41,085 bases of DNA, taken from the NCBI GenBank assembly GCA_964606555.1, contig CAZSGU010000001.1:23139-64223 (forward strand), written 5' to 3'. This DNA is from an uncultured bacterium. Lineage in GTDB: Bacteria > Fidelibacterota > Marinisomatia > Marinisomatales > Marinisomataceae. A program made the position numbers and the translations under genes. Positions 36,209 to 41,085 of the stretch are shown in pieces; within the stretch, counting starts at the first letter, position 1; each line of letters starts with the position of its first letter. Below the pieces are notes generated by a model that worked only from the letters and a program-made list of their open reading frames with translations, was not told the origin of the DNA and made no database searches.

Positions 36209-37135
36209 TTGAAACGTCGAGATTTCATTAAACAATCTCTTGCAATTACTGGAGGAATTACACTTACTGGGTTGGGTAGCTCCATTGTTTTGGGTTCTAG
36301 CACAACTAAAACATTTAAAATATCACTTGCCGAATGGTCTTTACATCGTTCTTTGCAAAGTAGAGACATAGATCACCTTGATTTTTGTTCTGTTGCAAAA
36401 AATGAATTCGGAATTTCAGCGGTTGAATATGTGAACTCTTTTTTCTTCGATAAAGCAAAAAATCTCACTTATCTCAAAGAAATGAAAATGAGAGCAGATG
36501 ATCTAGGGGTAAAAAGTCTTCTCATTATGTGTGATCGGGAAGGAAATCTTGGTGATCCAGATTCAAATAAAAGAACTCAAGCGGTTGAAAATCATTATAA
36601 ATGGGCAGAAGCTGCTCAATATTTGGGATGTCATTCTATTCGTGTGAATGCCCGAAGTTTTGGTACCTATGATGAGCAAATTAAATTGGCTACTGATGGC
36701 TTACGTCGTCTTACAGAATTTGGGGATACGTTAGGTATTAATACAATTGTTGAAAATCATGGTGGACTTTCATCTAATGGAAAGTGGTTATCAACTGTTA
36801 TGAAAAAAGTAGACCATCCTCGTGTGGGTACTCTGCCAGACTTTGGGAATTTTCGAATTGAAGGAGACAAATGGTATGACCGATATAAAGGAATGAAAGA
36901 ACTCATGCCATATGCCAAAGCTGTCAGTGCTAAAAGCCATGAATTTGATAAGTATGGCAATGAAACTGGTACTGATTATTTTAAAATGATGGAGATTGTC
37001 CTAAACGCAAATTATCATGGATATGTAGGAATCGAATATGAAGGTAGTATTCACAACGAAATGGAAGGTATACAGCTTACACTTGATTTATTGAAAAAGG
37101 TAAGATCTATGCTTGATATTAATCCTTCAGAATAG
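36209..37135 (+). CDS. Tat-exported xylose-isomerase-like TIM barrel (sugar phosphate isomerase/epimerase; candidate 3-keto-glycoside eliminase/hydratase)
   Basis: MKRRDFIK; ISLAEWSLHR, ENHGG, LPDFGNF and GIEYEG motifs. Confidence 0.9.
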   Translation: MKRRDFIKQSLAITGGITLTGLGSSIVLGSSTTKTFKISLAEWSLHRSLQSRDIDHLDFCSVAKNEFGISAVEYVNSFFFDKAKNLTYLKEMKMRADDLGVKSLLIMCDREGNLGDPDSNKRTQAVENHYKWAEAAQYLGCHSIRVNARSFGTYDEQIKLATDGLRRLTEFGDTLGINTIVENHGGLSSNGKWLSTVMKKVDHPRVGTLPDFGNFRIEGDKWYDRYKGMKELMPYAKAVSAKSHEFDKYGNETGTDYFKMMEIVLNANYHGYVGIEYEGSIHNEMEGIQLTLDLLKKVRSMLDINPSE

Positions 37136-38336
37136 TTTTAATTGAGTTATTCAGCTTTTCAATAAAGATATCAATTTCTTCAATAGTATTATAAACATAA
37201 AAACTAACTCTTGCACAAGATGAAATGCCCAATGAATTCATTAAAGGTTTGCAACAATGATGACCAGATCTTAGAGTAATGCCCTCAAAATCAAGAAATT
37301 GTGCAATATCAAGTGAATGAATATTCTCAACATTAAAACTAATGATTGGAATTCTTTCTGACGCATTGCCATAGATTGTTATTCCATTGATATCACTTAA
37401 TTTTTCCAAGGCGTGTAATGTAAGTTTTTTCTGGGTTTCTATATGATCATCACCAATTTGATTTAAAAAATCAATTGCATAACCCAACGAGATTGCCTGT
37501 GCAGATAATGGTGAACCAGCTTCAAATTTATGAGGTATACTAGTCCATGTAGATTTTTCCATTGTTACATCTTCAATCATTCCACCGCCCGTTTGATACG
37601 GAGCCATATTATCTAGAATATCTTTTTTTCCATATAAAATTCCTATACCTGTTGGGCCTAGCATTTTATGTCCTGAAAATGCAAAAAAGTCACAATCTAA
37701 TTCTTCTACATTAATTTTGATATGTGGAGTACTCTGACATCCATCTAATAACACTAATGTTCCATTTTGATGTGCTTTTTCAATAATTTCTTTTACAGGA
37801 TTAATTGTTCCAAAAACATTCGAGGTGTGTGTCATAGCCAATATTTTTACATTAGTATTCAAATGATTTTCTAATTCTTCAACATTGATAGTACCATTTT
37901 CAGTTGATTCAATATATTTGATAGTTGCTCCAGTTTTCTCACCAATAATTTGCCAAGGAACAATATTAGAATGATGCTCCATATTTGTAATTAAAATGGT
38001 ATCATTTTTATTCAGGTTTTGAAAACCCCATGCATCAGCGACAAGATTAATTGATTCTGTAGCACCTTTAGTAAAAATAATTGATGCTGGGTCACTTGCT
38101 CCAATGAAGTGAGCAACTTTTTTTCTTGATCCTTCAAACTCATTGGTTGCTTTTTCACCTAATTCATAAACACTTCTATGTACACTTCCACCATACTCTT
38201 TATAAAATTTACTTTCAGCTTCAATAACGCTTATAGGTTTTAAACTTGTAGCAGCAGTGTCAAAATAGATTAAATCTTTACCGCGATTCTTTTGTTTAAG
38301 AATTGGAAATTCTTTTCGAATACTATGTACATCCAT
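37119..38336 (-). CDS. sufS: Cysteine desulfurase SufS
   Basis: YFDTAATSLKP, MEHHSNIVPWQ, FSGHKMLGPTGIG and RSGHHC motifs. Confidence 0.95.
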   Translation of the reverse strand: MDVHSIRKEFPILKQKNRGKDLIYFDTAATSLKPISVIEAESKFYKEYGGSVHRSVYELGEKATNEFEGSRKKVAHFIGASDPASIIFTKGATESINLVADAWGFQNLNKNDTILITNMEHHSNIVPWQIIGEKTGATIKYIESTENGTINVEELENHLNTNVKILAMTHTSNVFGTINPVKEIIEKAHQNGTLVLLDGCQSTPHIKINVEELDCDFFAFSGHKMLGPTGIGILYGKKDILDNMAPYQTGGGMIEDVTMEKSTWTSIPHKFEAGSPLSAQAISLGYAIDFLNQIGDDHIETQKKLTLHALEKLSDINGITIYGNASERIPIISFNVENIHSLDIAQFLDFEGITLRSGHHCCKPLMNSLGISSCARVSFYVYNTIEEIDIFIEKLNNSIKTILKD

Positions 38337-38857
38337 TAATATAATCCTAATTGAAGTTTTGCAGCATCAGACATCATATCTTGATTCCATTGAGGTTCCC
38401 ATACTAATTCAACTTCAACATCTTTTGTTCCATGTAATGATAGAATTTTTTCTTTTACTTCATCAGCAATGATAGGACCCATTCCACATCCAGGTGCAGT
38501 TAATGTCATTTTAATTGATACGCTTACTCCATCTTTTTCTTCTGAAACTGTGCAATCATACACTAAACCAAGATCAACAATATTGACTGGTATTTCTGGG
38601 TCATAACATGTTTCAAGAATATTCCAAACTTCTTCTTTGTTTGCAAAATTATTACTGACAATTGATTTTTTTTCTTCACCGATTGCTTCAGCATCGGATC
38701 CTTTTACCTGATACATGTTTCCTTCTACAACAATAGTAAAATTATCACCTAAAGATTGTGTAATAATACCAGGCATACCTTTTTTTAGAAGAATCTTTTC
38801 ACCATCAGGGATGCTAAAAACTTCTACGTCTGAATGTAAAATAAATTCTTTATTCAT
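38336..38857 (-). CDS. sufT: Fe-S cluster assembly protein SufT (DUF59)
   Basis: ITQSLG, CYDPEIPVNIVDLGLVY, MTLTAPGCGMG and WEPQW..MMS motifs. Confidence 0.92.
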   Translation of the reverse strand: MNKEFILHSDVEVFSIPDGEKILLKKGMPGIITQSLGDNFTIVVEGNMYQVKGSDAEAIGEEKKSIVSNNFANKEEVWNILETCYDPEIPVNIVDLGLVYDCTVSEEKDGVSVSIKMTLTAPGCGMGPIIADEVKEKILSLHGTKDVEVELVWEPQWNQDMMSDAAKLQLGLY

Positions 38858-39272
38858 CTGTAAGCTCTTTTTTAATGAATGCTAAAGCGCCAATAAAACC
38901 ATTCTGTCTTTGACTAGAGATACTTGTTCCTATATTCAACCATTCAAAAACTTCTATAGGTTCATTAAAATCATCAATAAAATCAATAATATTCTTTTTT
39001 TCTAAATTATTGAACCCAATTTGTAGAATTCGTAATAATCCCTTTACAATTGCACTTTCCGAATCTGCTTTTATATTAACTGTACCATCATTCTTTACTT
39101 TAATCCATGTTTGAGATGTACATGCATGTACTTTATTGGTATCTTTTTTATCTTCCATATTAATCTTATCAATTTTCTTACCTAGATCAATTAAATGGAT
39201 AAGTTTATCTTGGCCTTCTAGAATAGAGAATGCCTCTTTAATATCGGAAAAGTTTTTGTTTATATTATCCAT
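38850..39272 (-). CDS. sufE: SufE family sulfur acceptor
   Basis: LIDLGKK, VHACTSQTW, ADSESAIVKGL and SSQRQNG motifs. Confidence 0.9.
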   Translation of the reverse strand: MDNINKNFSDIKEAFSILEGQDKLIHLIDLGKKIDKINMEDKKDTNKVHACTSQTWIKVKNDGTVNIKADSESAIVKGLLRILQIGFNNLEKKNIIDFIDDFNEPIEVFEWLNIGTSISSQRQNGFIGALAFIKKELTDE

Positions 39273-40452
39273 TCATCCACTCATCTATATAAGTTTGTGC
39301 TTCATCTCTGATAGTATCATTTGAAAATTGTTTGATTACTTCATGAGCAAAAGCTTTAATAAGAATTTGAGTTGCTTTTTCTTTTCTTATTCCCCTTGTT
39401 TGTAAATAAAAGATACTATCTTTATCTAATGCTCCAGTTGTAGATCCATGACCACACTGAACGTCATCAGCATAAATTTCTAATTGAGGATTAGAGTGTG
39501 CTGTTGCTTCTTTAGAGAGAAGCAAATTTTTATTTGATTGATTGGAATCAGTTTTTTGAGCTCCATCAGCTACTATTACTTTTCCATTAAATACACAGGT
39601 TGATTTATTCTGAAGAATATTTCTTACATTTTGAAAACTAGTGCAATGTTCTGAATTGTGGTTAATTAATATATTGTTATCTACATGCTCATTATTTTTA
39701 GTTAGATTTAATGTGTTGATTGTCGTTTCACCGCCAGCTTGATTTAAGTCAACTTCAATAAAATTTTTGTTAAATGATGACTCATAATTAAAGTTATCAA
39801 CATTAATAATGCTATTGAGCCCAGATTCATAATAATTATACCCTAATAAGTTGCTTTTTGTGTTATCATTAAAGATAATTGTATGATTGAGCGTTGAGTC
39901 ATCTGAACAAATAAATTTATTAATTTTTAAATTAAAACTATCAAGTCCATTATTAACATTTTTTTCAACAATAGAGATATTATTTTTTTTATTTAATTTG
40001 AAAATATTGAACACAGGAATAAACATATTTTCTATTTTTTTGTCATAAACATTAATAATCTGAATTTCAGTATCAAATTTCCCACCTTCTTTGAACTCAA
40101 TCAAAATACCTTCATTAAATTTTGCAATTCCCAAATTAAATAGAGATTCATCTTGAAAGTTGTCTGACATTTTTATCGTATTACTATCTTTTACTTCGAT
40201 GGTTTTGCCAATTAAAATTTGATTTCTGTAAATAAAGTTATCTAGAGATTTTTTAACAAATTTTCCATTTACAAAACACAATGCATTCTCAATTTCTAGG
40301 TATTGTTTGATATCAATTTCTGACTGATCTTGATTAATAACATTATAGTTCTTTAGGTGACTGCTATTTGAGAATTTCCAGTTTTCTAATTTCTTAGAAG
40401 GGTAGCCTAACTTCTTAAACGCATTATAACTATGATTTTTTGTTTGATTCAA
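39265..40452 (-). CDS. sufD: Fe-S cluster assembly protein SufD
   Basis: ENWKFSN, FNGKVIV..AQKT, PQLEIYADDVQCGHGST and FYLQTRGI motifs. Confidence 0.93.
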   Translation of the reverse strand: MNQTKNHSYNAFKKLGYPSKKLENWKFSNSSHLKNYNVINQDQSEIDIKQYLEIENALCFVNGKFVKKSLDNFIYRNQILIGKTIEVKDSNTIKMSDNFQDESLFNLGIAKFNEGILIEFKEGGKFDTEIQIINVYDKKIENMFIPVFNIFKLNKKNNISIVEKNVNNGLDSFNLKINKFICSDDSTLNHTIIFNDNTKSNLLGYNYYESGLNSIINVDNFNYESSFNKNFIEVDLNQAGGETTINTLNLTKNNEHVDNNILINHNSEHCTSFQNVRNILQNKSTCVFNGKVIVADGAQKTDSNQSNKNLLLSKEATAHSNPQLEIYADDVQCGHGSTTGALDKDSIFYLQTRGIRKEKATQILIKAFAHEVIKQFSNDTIRDEAQTYIDEWMNG

Positions 40453-40472
40453 TTGATTTGTACCTTATAAAA

Positions 40473-41085
40473 CTATTTCAGAAGCCAAGAATAGCCTTTC
40501 TTTTCCACTTCTCGTGCAAGGCTCATATCACCCGATTTCTTTATTTGACCATCAATCATCACATGGACAACATCTGGTTTAATATATTCAAGCAATCGTT
40601 CATAGTGAGTAATAATGAGCGTTGAATTATCTTTGTCATTAAATTTATTTACCCCATTTGCTACAGTTTTTAATGCATCAATATCTAATCCAGAGTCTGT
40701 TTCATCTAATATTGCAAACTTTGGGTTTAAAGATAACAACTGTAGAATCTCACTTTTTTTCTTCTCTCCACCTGAAAAACCATCATTAATTGATCGTTTT
40801 AAGAATGAATCATCTAGATTAAGTTCATTTAGTATTCTTTTTGATCGATTTAAAAATTCTACTGCATCCATTTCTTCTTTACCTTGATGTTCAAAGTGTG
40901 CGTTGATTGCTGCTCTCAAAAAATAAGCCATACTTACACCGGGAATTGCGACAGGATATTGAAAGCACACAAATATGCCACTTAACGCTCTATTTTCTGT
41001 GCTCATTTCAGTAATATCAACATCATTCATATGTATAGAACCGCTTTTTACTTCAAATTTTTCATTACCAGCTAGTGCATTGGCT
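40473..41085 (-). CDS. sufC: Fe-S cluster assembly ATPase SufC, 5' end beyond window edge
   Basis: The frame stays open to the edge (ANALAGNEKFEVKSGSIHM...); FQYPVAIPGV, GFSGGEKK, LDETDSGLDIDA and ITHY motifs. Confidence 0.96.
   Translation of the reverse strand, partial: ANALAGNEKFEVKSGSIHMNDVDITEMSTENRALSGIFVCFQYPVAIPGVSMAYFLRAAINAHFEHQGKEEMDAVEFLNRSKRILNELNLDDSFLKRSINDGFSGGEKKKSEILQLLSLNPKFAILDETDSGLDIDALKTVANGVNKFNDKDNSTLIITHYERLLEYIKPDVVHVMIDGQIKKSGDMSLAREVEKKGYSWLLK

Noticed and set aside
40440-40480. Possible frameshift or truncated sufD start
   Set aside because: TTG at 40452 has a reasonable AAGG upstream, and the 395-aa protein retains the N-terminal ExWK motif.

Overview
AT-rich, very densely packed bacterial chromosome segment with many 0-26 bp gene overlaps. 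Gene content (SprA, lipoprotein glutaminyl cyclase, FCB-type GlmU-like protein, ThyX) suggests a streamlined FCB-group bacterium, possibly Marinimicrobia/SAR406; the taxon is an inference. Left to right: (1) minus-strand tRNA-Phe, DUF2878 and a tripartite RND efflux pump; (2) an rdgB-sprA-glutaminyl cyclase-EEP lipoprotein-RMDN-like TPR-queG operon; (3) rne/rng-rplU-rpmA-mdh-secreted protein; (4) cysQ-thyX-acyl-CoA dehydrogenase, then birA, a LysM lipoprotein and a split methylmalonyl-CoA mutase; (5) a truncated GlmU-like gene, a candidate structured small RNA and etfBA plus a FadF/EtfD-like oxidoreductase; (6) an apparently more GC-rich DoxX-Gfo-MFS-Gfo-DUF1080-TIM-barrel cluster resembling 3-keto (oxidative-elimination) glycoside utilization loci; (7) a sufC-D-E-T-S operon. 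I saw no CRISPR array, integrase or transposase. The best leads are the SprA/glutaminyl cyclase/RMDN-like operon, the DoxX-coupled glycoside locus, a promoter-bounded hairpin RNA with a C-rich loop, and a recurring leaderless promoter architecture. All family calls come from recognising motifs by eye, not from database searches.
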